64,000 nt of DNA, from positions 7,993 to 71,992 of the forward strand of contig LBWP01000002.1 of NCBI GenBank assembly GCA_000993685.1. Reading direction: 5' to 3'. This stretch comes from Candidatus Woesebacteria bacterium GW2011_GWA1_39_21. Its GTDB lineage: Bacteria > Patescibacteriota > Microgenomatia > UBA8517. The position numbers and the translations under genes are program-made. Shown here in pieces: positions 47,262-57,053 of this stretch. Each line of letters starts with the position of its first letter. Within the stretch, counting starts at the first letter, position 1. Below the pieces are notes generated by a model, which was not told the origin of the DNA, searched no databases, and saw nothing but the letters and a program-made list of their open reading frames with translations.

Positions 47262-48365
47262 ATGCGAGTTGCATTGGTTCACGACTACATTAAAGAGTAC
47301 GGCGGAGCGGAAAGGGTTTTAGAAACGCTTTGTGAAATGTTTCCTGATGCTCCCATTTACACTGCCTTTAGAGTCGCTGGCTCTACTGCCGATAAAGTAT
47401 TTCGGGGTAAAAAGATCATCGAGAGCTGGTTGGCGCCTATTTTGAAAATCGATTCTTTCTATAGCCCTCTGCGCTTTTTGACGCCGTTGGTCTGGGGAAG
47501 TATGAATTTATCGGAATATGGTTTGGTAATAAGCTCCTCCAGCTGGTTTATCACCAGAGGCTTTAAAGTCGGAAAAAAAACTAAAGTTGTGTGTTATTGC
47601 CATACACCTCCGCGTTGGTTATACGGATATGAAACCTCGGTTGGTTTCACACGGTATTGGCCCGTAAAAATCTATTCTGCGGTTGTTGGGCATTTTATGC
47701 GAATGTATGATTTTAGTTCTGCGCAAAAAATTGACATTTGGATCGCAAATTCGGAAAATGTCGCCGTAAGGATAAAGAAGTTTTATCGCAAAGAGGCAAG
47801 GGTAATTTATCCACCTGTGGAAGTTGAAAAGATTGCCAAAGTAACATCTGGGCTCAAGAAGAAAAACTATTTTTTGCTGGTATCCAGGCTCGTTGGGGCG
47901 AAGGGTATCGAGACGGTAATTGCGCTTTCTAAAGTGCTGGGTTTTAAACTTAAGATTGTTGGCGAAGCCGCTGGATTTTCAAGTGTGGAGGAATTAAAAA
48001 GCAGCGCCGGCGAGAATGTTGAGTTTTTGGGTCGGGTTTCTGACGGGGAACTTTATCGGCTTTACGGGTGCGCAAAAGGATTTATCACCCTTGCAAAAGA
48101 TGAGGATTTTGGTATGACGCCTGTTGAAGCACAAGCCGCCGGTACCCCCGTCATTGCCTTTAATGGCGGAGGTTTTAAGGAATCTATTGTCGATGGAGTT
48201 ACGGGAGTTTTGGTAAATTCAACGGATGAGAAAACTATTTCTGCCGCAATTAAGAGATTTGAAAAAATAAAATGGGACAAAAGTAAAATTCAAAAGAATG
48301 CGAAAAAATTTTCGAAAGAGATTTTTGTAAAAGACGTGGGTAGGCTAATAGAAAAAATAGTATAA
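47262..48365 (+). CDS. GT4 family glycosyltransferase
   Basis: The C-terminal E-x7-E-type motif is EDFGMTPVEAQAAGTPVIA. The 367-aa length fits a GT-B enzyme. Confidence 0.8.
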   Translation: MRVALVHDYIKEYGGAERVLETLCEMFPDAPIYTAFRVAGSTADKVFRGKKIIESWLAPILKIDSFYSPLRFLTPLVWGSMNLSEYGLVISSSSWFITRGFKVGKKTKVVCYCHTPPRWLYGYETSVGFTRYWPVKIYSAVVGHFMRMYDFSSAQKIDIWIANSENVAVRIKKFYRKEARVIYPPVEVEKIAKVTSGLKKKNYFLLVSRLVGAKGIETVIALSKVLGFKLKIVGEAAGFSSVEELKSSAGENVEFLGRVSDGELYRLYGCAKGFITLAKDEDFGMTPVEAQAAGTPVIAFNGGGFKESIVDGVTGVLVNSTDEKTISAAIKRFEKIKWDKSKIQKNAKKFSKEIFVKDVGRLIEKIV

Positions 48366-48602
48366 TACGCGTGTTTATATGACAGAAGCGATAACCACTG
48401 TAGAAAGATTATTATATAGAATAGAAGAGTGCGGCGGCCGATTGAAATACAAGCGGGGGAGTATTACGTAAAAACGGATCTAATTTCCGGGGAAAAAATT
48501 ACATACGCTGCAAACGAGGTTGTCAAAAGTGATGTTGATGTTATGATTTTGCGGAACATTAGTTCTCGAAAGAAAAATATCTTGCCTAGAGAGGGGGATT
48601 AA

Positions 48603-49451
48603 ATGCCTGAGCTTCCTGAAGTTGAATCGATAAAAATACAACTTAATAAATTTCTTGTTGGTCATAGGGTTTCAGGTGTTGATGTTCGTTTCCCCAAAGC
48701 TTTCCAGGGTGATGAAAAAAGTTTAATCGGTGGAAAGGTTAAGCAGGCCAGACGGTTTGGTAAAGTGACCGTAATTGATTTTGACAACGGCTATTCGTTG
48801 GTAATTCACATAAAGCTAACTGGCCAATTAATTTACCGTGGTCCGAATTTGAAAACTCCACCAAAGCTTTCACCTAAAATTTTTGGCGGTTTAGACGGTA
48901 AACATACGGTGGTAATTTTTAGGCTAGACAGAGGGGGAAAACTATATTACAACGATTTTCGCAAATTTGGTTGGCTCAAAATTGTAAAAACAAAAGAGGT
49001 TGGGAACATAGATTTTATAAAGAAGTTAGGTCCAGAGCCACTTGGCAGCTTAACACACCCTAAATTTAAAGAAATTACAGGTTCGACAGGCAGGGCAATA
49101 AAAACGCTGATCATGGATCAGAGTAAGATGGCTGGGGTGGGAAATATTTATGCGAACGACGCGTTGTATCTGGCCAAAATTCATCCTGAAAGAAAAGCGA
49201 ATAGTTTGACAGAGGATGAAGTTAAAACCCTTTATGAAGCGGTTGAGAAGGTCTTAAGACGGGGTCTTAAATACGGAGGAGCAAGCGAACTTTCATTTGT
49301 AACCCCTGATGGTTCAGATGGAAAATACCAAGAGCACACTTTAATTTATGGGAAAACTGGCGAAAAATGCAAAAGATGTGGTGGTGTTATCAAAAAAAAT
49401 ACAGTCGGAGGTCGCGGAACTTACTTTTGCCCCTCTTGCCAGCCCGCATAA
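48603..49451 (+). CDS. mutM: formamidopyrimidine-DNA glycosylase
   Basis: The N-terminus is MPELPEVE. H2TH is present. A C-terminal zinc finger is present (CKRCGGVIKKNTVGGRGTYFCPSCQ). Confidence 0.9.
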   Translation: MPELPEVESIKIQLNKFLVGHRVSGVDVRFPKAFQGDEKSLIGGKVKQARRFGKVTVIDFDNGYSLVIHIKLTGQLIYRGPNLKTPPKLSPKIFGGLDGKHTVVIFRLDRGGKLYYNDFRKFGWLKIVKTKEVGNIDFIKKLGPEPLGSLTHPKFKEITGSTGRAIKTLIMDQSKMAGVGNIYANDALYLAKIHPERKANSLTEDEVKTLYEAVEKVLRRGLKYGGASELSFVTPDGSDGKYQEHTLIYGKTGEKCKRCGGVIKKNTVGGRGTYFCPSCQPA

Positions 49452-49536
49452 CTTTGCTTGGCATTGCCGACGGGCCAACGCTGACGCGTAAGCGCTACGA
49501 GTAGATCCACTTGCTAAAAATTATTGAATTCATCTG

Positions 49537-49618
49537 CGAAAACCACGGACTTTAGTCCGTGGATGAAGCAAGAATCCAATCTCGTCGACAAAATACCATG
49601 GGCTTTAGCCCGTGGTAG
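49537..49618. repeat. dispersed hairpin-repeat element overlapping recF start
   Basis: Sequence aaaaccacggactttagtccgtggATGAagc is followed by cgacaaaataccatgggctttagcccgtgg. It parallels 13657-13750. The first in-frame ATG of recF is the ATG of the ATGA motif. Confidence 0.6.
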
Positions 49619-50714
49619 TAATTTTACTCAGAAGTCGATATCTTTTTCAAAAGATGTCACTCTAATTTTGGGAAACAATGCTTCAGGAAAAACCAATATC
49701 TTGGAAGCGATTGTGTTTTTATCGACAGGGAAAAGTTTTAAGGCCAGGTTGGAGTCGGAAGTGATTACCTATCAAAAGGATGTATCGCGGATTAAAGGTA
49801 AAATCGACTCAGGAATCAATTTAGAGATTGTTATTACGAATGGTTCAGTAAGAGTAGGTGACAGTCCGTCCAGTCTAAAAAAAGCACAGCGTAAGAAGCT
49901 TTTGGTAAACGGTGTAGCGCGCCGACTGCTTGATTTTGCGGGAAATTTAAAGGTTGTAATTTTCGGACCTTGGGATATGGATTTGGTGACAGCTTCGCCT
50001 TCAGTTAGACGAAAATTTTTAGATTCCGTACTTGCCCAAGTGGATAGGGAATACCGCAGATCGTCTTTGATTTACGACAGGGGTATGCGACAAAGAAACA
50101 GACTCCTTTTGCGGATTCGCGATGAAGGGTTGTCTGCGTCACAACTGTTGTACTGGGATAAGCTTTTGATTAAGCACGGAAACTATATAACAAAACGGCG
50201 CGGTGATTTTATTGATTTTGTCAACGGCAGCAAAAGTGGTGGAACAAACTTATTATTGAATGACATTCAAAATGGAGAGAAAATGAATTTTTCTCTAGCC
50301 GGCAACTACCAACTGGAATACGACAGAAGCGAAATCTCCATTGGAAGATTAAAGCAATATGAACGAGAAGAGGTTGCCGCGGCAACAACTCTTGTCGGTC
50401 CGCACCGTGACGATTTTCTATTTAAGATTGGATTGCAAAAGACGAAGTTTGGCGACAGCGACCGCGACCTTGCGAAATACGGAAGCAGGGGAGAACAAAG
50501 AATGGGTATACTTTGGTTAAAGTTGGCCGAACTGTCTTTTATCAAACAACAAACGAACGAAAAACCACTGCTTTTGCTAGACGATATTTTTTCTGAACTG
50601 GACCACGAACACCGAAAAATTGTAACAGCTGTTTGTGAACAGCAGCAAACAATTGTAACAACAGCCGACCCGCATTACATTGAAGCTACGAAAGCAAAAG
50701 TAATTAGATTGTAA
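49563..50714 (+). CDS. recF: DNA replication/repair protein RecF
   Basis: Walker A is GNNASGKTNILEAI. The SMC-like signature and Walker B (LLLLDDIFSELD) are present. The start was chosen at ATG 49563; the track gives a TTG at 49524. Confidence 0.85.
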   Translation: MKQESNLVDKIPWALARGSNFTQKSISFSKDVTLILGNNASGKTNILEAIVFLSTGKSFKARLESEVITYQKDVSRIKGKIDSGINLEIVITNGSVRVGDSPSSLKKAQRKKLLVNGVARRLLDFAGNLKVVIFGPWDMDLVTASPSVRRKFLDSVLAQVDREYRRSSLIYDRGMRQRNRLLLRIRDEGLSASQLLYWDKLLIKHGNYITKRRGDFIDFVNGSKSGGTNLLLNDIQNGEKMNFSLAGNYQLEYDRSEISIGRLKQYEREEVAAATTLVGPHRDDFLFKIGLQKTKFGDSDRDLAKYGSRGEQRMGILWLKLAELSFIKQQTNEKPLLLLDDIFSELDHEHRKIVTAVCEQQQTIVTTADPHYIEATKAKVIRL

Positions 50715-50761
50715 CGTCGGAGCTATAAAAAAACTTCAAAGATTGTCGATAAAATATATAC

Positions 50762-51085
50762 TTAACCAGGATCCGAGTCTTTTGAGAGCTTGCTTAATTG
50801 ATATGTGATAAGAACGGCAAGAGCAGTTACGAAGACGGCATAGATGGCCAATGAAATAATGCCCGAGTTTTCTCCGAGGTATGGTTTAATGAAAACGTTT
50901 ACGATTTCGGTGATAAGTCCGTTCCAGGCAAGTGCAGCAACGAGTCCAAAACCACTTGTGACTAGCTCAAGCGAGCGTTTGATAAATTGTTTTTTGAACT
51001 GCTTTGAATCCTCAAGGATCGTCTCATGAATTCTTTTTTGTTTTGAAAGCTCCTCTTGTTGAATTTCTTCTTTTGATTTTTTCAT
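50762..51085 (-). CDS. hypothetical small membrane protein
   Basis: A coiled N-terminus is followed by two TM helices. Confidence 0.35.
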   Translation of the reverse strand: MKKSKEEIQQEELSKQKRIHETILEDSKQFKKQFIKRSLELVTSGFGLVAALAWNGLITEIVNVFIKPYLGENSGIISLAIYAVFVTALAVLITYQLSKLSKDSDPG

Positions 51086-51130
51086 GGAAAATTTAAAGAT
51101 AAATATTATAATTTATTATATCATCTTAAT

Positions 51131-51994
51131 ATGGAAGTTTTTAACCCGCAGGAGTTGAAACAGTTATACCAGCCGGCATTTAATTCCAATGGGGAAGACA
51201 ATGGGCAAGTGACAATTGTCGGAGGATCAAAGCTTTTCCACGGTGCGCCAATTTTGGCGCTTAAGGCGGCATCAAGAATTGTCGATATGGTTTTTTTCAC
51301 ATCTCCTGAGCCGGGTCAAAATTCAGTCATAAGTTCAATTAAGGCAACGCTTTCTTCATTTATTTGGGTCCCTTTTGAAGAAGTTGCTGCATATATTGAA
51401 AAGTCGGATGCGGTTTTGATCGGGCCAGGCCTAATGAGATACTCAAAAGAAACGGTGAATATTAACGACGGTGATTGTGATCAGGAATGCGTTAAAACCC
51501 GAGAAGTTACAAGACAGCTACTCAAAAAATTTCCACAAAAAAAATGGGTGATTGATGCGGGGAGTTTGCAAACGATGGACGAGCAGTGGATTCCCAAAAA
51601 TGCAATTATTACACCTAACGTCAAGGAGTTTGAAATGTTGTTTAAAATAAAGGGGGGAAACACAGACCCACGAGTGTTACAGCAAAAAGCGAAAGAGCAT
51701 GATTGTGTGATTGTTGCAAAAGGGGTAGAAACATTGGTGGTCTCGCCGGATGGAATCTTGCTTATTAAAGGTGGAAATCCCGGTTTGACAAAAGGCGGAA
51801 GCGGTGATCTTCTGGCTGGTTTGACACTTGCTCTCGCGGCAAAGAATGACCCTTTTCTTGCGGCATGTTCGGCATCGTATCTTGAAAAATATGCTGCCGA
51901 TGAACTTTATGCAAAGGTAGGAATAAATTACAATATGGATGATTTGGCTGACAAAATCCCGGAAACCTTTCAGACACTTTTGAAGTCAAAATAG
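51131..51994 (+). CDS. nnrD: ADP-dependent NAD(P)H-hydrate dehydratase (YjeF C-terminal/carbohydrate kinase family)
   Basis: The motif GGSGDLLAGLTLALAAK is present. The 287-aa length fits this family. Confidence 0.7.
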   Translation: MEVFNPQELKQLYQPAFNSNGEDNGQVTIVGGSKLFHGAPILALKAASRIVDMVFFTSPEPGQNSVISSIKATLSSFIWVPFEEVAAYIEKSDAVLIGPGLMRYSKETVNINDGDCDQECVKTREVTRQLLKKFPQKKWVIDAGSLQTMDEQWIPKNAIITPNVKEFEMLFKIKGGNTDPRVLQQKAKEHDCVIVAKGVETLVVSPDGILLIKGGNPGLTKGGSGDLLAGLTLALAAKNDPFLAACSASYLEKYAADELYAKVGINYNMDDLADKIPETFQTLLKSK

Positions 51995-52003
51995 ACTATT
52001 TTC

Positions 52004-53536
52004 TTACCCCACGTTAAAAGGAGAATTTTGCGCGTAAATTGCTTCGTGGAATGCAGGGCCGGTTCCGATGGCAACGATCGGCAGATTGGTAAGGTGTTCC
52101 AGCGTGGCGACGGCGGCCCTAAGTTGTCTTGGCGCGTCTTCGAAGGTGTTAAGTCCGGCCGTTGAAGTCTTCCAACCATCAAGTTTTAAGGTATTCATAC
52201 GTGTGCGTTCGTCGAGCATTCTTGGGTCGTCCGGGTCGTAGTCGGTTGTTGTATAACCGTCAGGGAAAACATATTCCACGCCAAAGCGGATTTCCGGTAA
52301 AGTGTCCACAGCGTCGACTTTGGCTAGGACTAAGGCATTAAGGTTGTAAGTTTCAATAGCTGCACAAATTTCAGGTACCGATAGCCAGTAATATTTACGA
52401 CGTCTGCCCGATACTGTACCTGCTTCAGGTCTACCTCTTTCTTCAGTCCGTAAATAGAGTGGCTCTTGATGTTCTTGCGAAAGCGGCGAGTGAATGACAT
52501 GGTTTCCGACGCAGGTGGGAACCAGTTTGAGAACTCCAATTCTCCACCCCAGTCTATTTTCTGATGTCCTGTAACGTCTGGTGAAAGACCCCGGTCCGCT
52601 GTCGGTTGAGGTAACGGATCCGCGAAAACCGGTATCGAGACTTATTCCGAAAGCTTGTGCTCCTTCAAAGATCAAATTTCCATTTTCTTTTAGGGCTCTC
52701 GTTACAACAGGATATGTATTTCCAATATAAGGACCTAATATTTTTACCCATTCCTTGAATTTTTCCAACGTTTCGTTTGGGTCGAGGTTAAACTCGGAAG
52801 GAAGAGAAGTCAAAATTCTGTTTTGCCTTTCCACCTCGTCCTGAACAAGCCTTTCCGTTTCCTGCTTCGTTTTGAGAAGACAGTCCATCCGAAGGCCCAC
52901 TCTGGCCGTGTAGTCGGATGCGGCAGGTCCGACACCGCTTTTTGTAGTTCCGATGGCATCCTTCCCGCGCGATTTCTCTTCAGCGATATCTCTCTGAATG
53001 TGGGCGTCCCAAGCTAAAAAAGCCGCTCCGTCAATCATAATGTTTTTGGGAGTAGGGTTATAACCGAGCCTTTTTAGTATTTGCATTTCATTAATTACAA
53101 GCTCAGGTACAACCAGTTCACCCCGGCCGGCAATTTTCACCCAACCGTCGTCAATTGAAGTGGGTAGCATACGGAAACCAACTTCTTCACTTTCGTTTTC
53201 AGGCCGGATCATATGGCCCGCTCCTGGACCACCTGCACGTATCGCGACACCGCCCGCTGGTCTTAAATGGGAATACCGGTAACTCCAAGTACCTTTGCTT
53301 TCGTCACCTTTTTGTGCACCAAAGATGCCTATCGCATTAGTGTTGGGGACAACTCTTTGCTGCCCGGCAAATCTTATTGATAAATCGTTGGCTATTAGGT
53401 GCTTAGGGGGATTTTCCCAAATCTCATTCAAATCGGGATCAACATCAACCGTTCTGGTTAGCGATTCCACCCCCATGAAGACAATCTGATTATTATGTTT
53501 TGTAGGATGAATGTCAATATTGTTTTTTCCGCACAA
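52004..53536 (-). CDS. purA: adenylosuccinate synthetase family protein (divergent, ~60-aa N-terminal extension)
   Basis: The P-loop-like motif is GAQKGDESKGT. Other PurA motifs are present: GGPGAGHM, GTTKSGVGPA, FEGAQA, GRRRKYYWL, KVDAVD and GTGP. Confidence 0.7.
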   Translation of the reverse strand: MCGKNNIDIHPTKHNNQIVFMGVESLTRTVDVDPDLNEIWENPPKHLIANDLSIRFAGQQRVVPNTNAIGIFGAQKGDESKGTWSYRYSHLRPAGGVAIRAGGPGAGHMIRPENESEEVGFRMLPTSIDDGWVKIAGRGELVVPELVINEMQILKRLGYNPTPKNIMIDGAAFLAWDAHIQRDIAEEKSRGKDAIGTTKSGVGPAASDYTARVGLRMDCLLKTKQETERLVQDEVERQNRILTSLPSEFNLDPNETLEKFKEWVKILGPYIGNTYPVVTRALKENGNLIFEGAQAFGISLDTGFRGSVTSTDSGPGSFTRRYRTSENRLGWRIGVLKLVPTCVGNHVIHSPLSQEHQEPLYLRTEERGRPEAGTVSGRRRKYYWLSVPEICAAIETYNLNALVLAKVDAVDTLPEIRFGVEYVFPDGYTTTDYDPDDPRMLDERTRMNTLKLDGWKTSTAGLNTFEDAPRQLRAAVATLEHLTNLPIVAIGTGPAFHEAIYAQNSPFNVG

Positions 53537-53561
53537 TCCCCGTAAGATTAGGGGTTAGATA

Positions 53562-54626
53562 ATGTTTTCTCCAAAATTTGCAATTACAAATAATATCTTA
53601 AAAAACATCGGTGCGATTGAGGCCGCTAAGGAAGTCATTGAAAACGCCCCCTTGGTGCCTTTGTATGAAAAAAGGTTTAAGAGTGAAGCGTTATTGAAAA
53701 CTGTTCACCACGGAACCCACATTGAAGGAAATGACTTGAACATTGATCAGACGAGACAGGTTTTAGAAGGGGAAGAAATATTTGCGCGTGATCGAGATAT
53801 CCAAGAAGTTATCAATTACCGAAGAGTTATTGATCTATTGGATGAGTTGAAAGATAAACGTGGAGGTTACGATTTGGGAATGCTGACAGAAATTCATAAA
53901 GAAACTGTTGGGAAAGTCGTCCCTCCGGAAAAATGTGGAGTTGTTCGAAAAAGTGAAGTAGTAATCAAGGAGGAGGGAACAGGCAAAATCGTTTTTCAAC
54001 CTCCGCCATATCACCAGGTAATGAGTCTTTTGGAAGAGTTTTTTTCCTGGTTAAATGACCCATCTTCTTTGGAGTATCACTCAATATTGAAGGCGGGAAT
54101 TGTCCATTATATTTTAGTGTCAATCCATCCTTTTGTTGAAGGAAACGGTAGAACCGTCCGCGCCTTTTCGATTTTGGTATTAATGCGGGAGAATTATGAC
54201 ATTAAAAGGTTCTTTTCACTCGAAGAGCACTTCGACTCTGACCCGTCAAGTTATTATGACGCCTTTTCCAAAACGGACGCACTTGTCGGTGGAGTTTTCG
54301 AAAAAAATCTCACTGGTTGGCTGGAATATTTTACGCAGGTTGTTGCGATTGAATTAACAAAGATCAAAGAAAGAATCAGGAAACTTTCTGTTGACTCAAG
54401 ACTTAAGGGGATAATCGGTTCTCAAGTGGCGTTGACCGAAAGACAAATGAAACTGATTGAACACATGGGGGAGATGGGGTATGTTGGAATGTCGGAGCTT
54501 AAAAAACTGTTTCCGATGGTTTCCGAAGATACAATTCTTCGCGACATGAATTATCTCATTGATAAAAAGATTATTAAAAAAGAGGGAAAGACGAAGGCGG
54601 CTAGGTATGTCATGGTGAGCAAATAA
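53562..54626 (+). CDS. Fic/DOC family protein with C-terminal wHTH
   Basis: The Fic motif HPFVEGNGRTVRAF is present. Confidence 0.85.
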   Translation: MFSPKFAITNNILKNIGAIEAAKEVIENAPLVPLYEKRFKSEALLKTVHHGTHIEGNDLNIDQTRQVLEGEEIFARDRDIQEVINYRRVIDLLDELKDKRGGYDLGMLTEIHKETVGKVVPPEKCGVVRKSEVVIKEEGTGKIVFQPPPYHQVMSLLEEFFSWLNDPSSLEYHSILKAGIVHYILVSIHPFVEGNGRTVRAFSILVLMRENYDIKRFFSLEEHFDSDPSSYYDAFSKTDALVGGVFEKNLTGWLEYFTQVVAIELTKIKERIRKLSVDSRLKGIIGSQVALTERQMKLIEHMGEMGYVGMSELKKLFPMVSEDTILRDMNYLIDKKIIKKEGKTKAARYVMVSK

Positions 54627-54639
54627 ATCGTTTCTGAAA

Positions 54640-54690
54640 TGGCAAGTTATAACAGCTTTCAAGAAGACCCCGATTTAATCGGGGATGAAT
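54640..54690. repeat. hairpin-repeat element (ttataacagctttcaagaa ... ccccgatttaatcggggATGAA)
   Basis: It shares a 19-nt 5' arm with 54931-54980 and the AAACC-hairpin-ATGAA architecture with 13657, 49545 and 59345. Confidence 0.55.
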
Positions 54691-54725
54691 AGTGTTTTAA
54701 GATTTACGTTCGATTTTCATAAATT

Positions 54726-54929
54726 ATGAGTCCAAGTGATCCACAGTTTTTATATCTTGTTTTGGTTTTGCCGGCGTTGTTTGGAATAACGATGCTTGGC
54801 GATGGGATCAATAAACTGGCTCATAAAAATAGTGGCGGTTATATAACTCTGGTTTTTGGAATTTTGTTTTTTTTGCTCGTTGTTTTTGGATATATCTTCT
54901 TTTCAACCTACCTTTTGGGGTCAGGTTAA
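54726..54929 (+). CDS. small membrane protein
   Basis: Two TM helices are predicted. It is flanked by the two ttataacagctttcaagaa repeats. Confidence 0.3.
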   Translation: MSPSDPQFLYLVLVLPALFGITMLGDGINKLAHKNSGGYITLVFGILFFLLVVFGYIFFSTYLLGSG

Positions 54930-54930
54930 G

Positions 54931-54980
54931 GTTTATAACAGCTTTCAAGAAAACCCCACCCTTAAGGGCGGGGGTGACCC
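54931..54980. repeat. hairpin-repeat element (second copy)
   Basis: Sequence tttataacagctttcaagaaaaccccacccttaagggcgggggtga. Confidence 0.55.
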
Positions 54981-55192
54981 GCCTGCTTAGCTGCGCAAGC
55001 TGCGGGCTGGATTGAACTCTGAAAATGCGTATGAAGAGTCAAGCTTTGCTTTTGATAAAGTCTTAAGCTTTGCTTATATATCATCCCCCTTGGGGAAACC
55101 CCCGCTTTTTTAAGCGGGGAGAATGTCATAAAAACCAGCCACAATAGTTTATTGGAGATTAGACAAAAAGATTAGTAGAATGATTTTTAATT

Positions 55193-56950
55193 TTGTATAA
55201 TGCGGATAATATGACCTTCTTTGAACTGACTAAATATTTGGAAAAGTTGGAAAAAACTTCTTCACGGCTTGAAATAACACAAATCCTTGCCGACCTTTTT
55301 AAGAAGTCAAAAGTCGACGAGATTGATCGAATTGTCTATCTCACTCTGGGAAGCCTCGCCCCGAATTATCGGGGAATGGTCTTTAATATCGCCGATAAAA
55401 TAATGCTTCAGATTATTGCTAAGGCATGTGGTATTGATGCCGGAAGGGTTCGGGAAAGTTACAAAAAGGAAGGCGATTTGGGCGTTGTAACAGAAAAATT
55501 GTTGGAGAGCGGCAAACAGAAAAACTTCAGCAGTAAGATAACAGTTGGTGAAATTTATGAGGAACTCTTTCAGATTGCCCAGGATGAAGGCGGGGGGAGC
55601 GTAGATCGAAAAATTGATCAGATGGCACGGCTATTGGGAAAGGTCGATCCGCTTTCCGCAAGGTATTTGGTTAGAATTCCTGTTGGCAAACTGCGTTTGG
55701 GGTTTTCCGACAAAACGGTTATAGATGCGCTCTCGTGGATGGAAACGGGGAGTAAAGTCAAGAATAAAATTATTTCGGAAGCATACAACATCCTGCCGGA
55801 CGTTGGTCTTTTGGCAAAAAAAGTCAGGCGGGAAGGTATCGATAAAGCCTGTGAGAATGTTTTACCTATTGTTGGAATCCCCGTTCTTCCGATGCTTGCA
55901 CAGCGACTAAAAAGTCCTACAGAAATGATTGAGAAAATGGGGAAAGTATATGTCGAGCCGAAATTTGATGGCTTGAGAGTTCTTGTACATTTTCAGAAGT
56001 CTAAAGATAAATCTGGACACGATTTGGTCAAAGCTTTTACGCGAAATTCAAATGACGTGACGGAAATGTTTCCCGAGATTCTTCGTGTTGGGGAGTTTAT
56101 CAACGCTGGTGCGGTGATTTTGGACAGCGAGGCCGTGGGAATGGACCCGCAAATGAAGTTACTTGCCGATTTTCAAACAACCATGAAAAGAAGAAGAGTC
56201 CACCAAATCGATTTAACGGCAAAAGAAATTCCGCTTCGTTTCCAGATTTTTGATGTTTTATATAAGGACGGGGAAAGTTTGATGGATCGCCCGTACAAAG
56301 AACGGAGAAATATTCTCGAAAAACTATTTAATGATAACAAACTTTTTGTCGTAGATGAAAAGGTAGAAACGTCGGATCCCGAGGTTATCAACGAGCAATA
56401 TCGAAAAAGAATTAAAGAGGGTTTGGAAGGTGTGATTGTTAAAAAGATTGACGCAAAATATGTCGCCGGAAGAACTGGTTGGCGTTGGGTTAAAATGAAG
56501 CAGGAAGAACAGTCTCAAGGAAAGCTTTCAGATACCGTAGACGCTGTGGTTATGGGCTATACACTCGGAAAAGGGAAAAGAGCGGGCTTTGGGGTCGGTC
56601 AATTTTTGGTTGGAGTGGTTGAACCGTCGGGAAATATTAAAACCTTAACGAAGATTGGTACGGGTTTGACCGACGAACAATTTAAAGAGCTGGCAAAAAG
56701 ACTTACGAAACTAAAAATTGGTCAAAAGCCTAAAGAATATGAAGCGCATAAAAATTACACACCGGATTTTTGGGTCGTGCCAAAGCTCGTTGTTGAACTT
56801 GCCGGTGATGACTTAACAAAAAGTCCGACGCACACGAGCGGCTACGCGCTTCGTTTTCCCAGACTGGTAAACTTCAGAGATGACAAGTCGGTTTCACAAG
56901 CAACAACGGTGGGGGAAGTGGTGAAGCTCTTTAAACTTCAGAGAAAATAG
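55193..56950 (+). CDS. lig: ATP-dependent DNA ligase (archaeal/eukaryotic type)
   Basis: Motif I is VEPKFDGLRV (KxDGxR). The OB domain and adenylation motifs are present. The 585-aa length fits. Confidence 0.85.
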   Translation: MYNADNMTFFELTKYLEKLEKTSSRLEITQILADLFKKSKVDEIDRIVYLTLGSLAPNYRGMVFNIADKIMLQIIAKACGIDAGRVRESYKKEGDLGVVTEKLLESGKQKNFSSKITVGEIYEELFQIAQDEGGGSVDRKIDQMARLLGKVDPLSARYLVRIPVGKLRLGFSDKTVIDALSWMETGSKVKNKIISEAYNILPDVGLLAKKVRREGIDKACENVLPIVGIPVLPMLAQRLKSPTEMIEKMGKVYVEPKFDGLRVLVHFQKSKDKSGHDLVKAFTRNSNDVTEMFPEILRVGEFINAGAVILDSEAVGMDPQMKLLADFQTTMKRRRVHQIDLTAKEIPLRFQIFDVLYKDGESLMDRPYKERRNILEKLFNDNKLFVVDEKVETSDPEVINEQYRKRIKEGLEGVIVKKIDAKYVAGRTGWRWVKMKQEEQSQGKLSDTVDAVVMGYTLGKGKRAGFGVGQFLVGVVEPSGNIKTLTKIGTGLTDEQFKELAKRLTKLKIGQKPKEYEAHKNYTPDFWVVPKLVVELAGDDLTKSPTHTSGYALRFPRLVNFRDDKSVSQATTVGEVVKLFKLQRK

Positions 56951-57053
56951 AGACATCACACGAACACAATTTACACTTCTAAACTAGAACGCAAAAAAGA
57001 TGTGTCTAATATGGTGGGTATTGGGGGTTGGAATATGATAGGATGAAGGTAGT

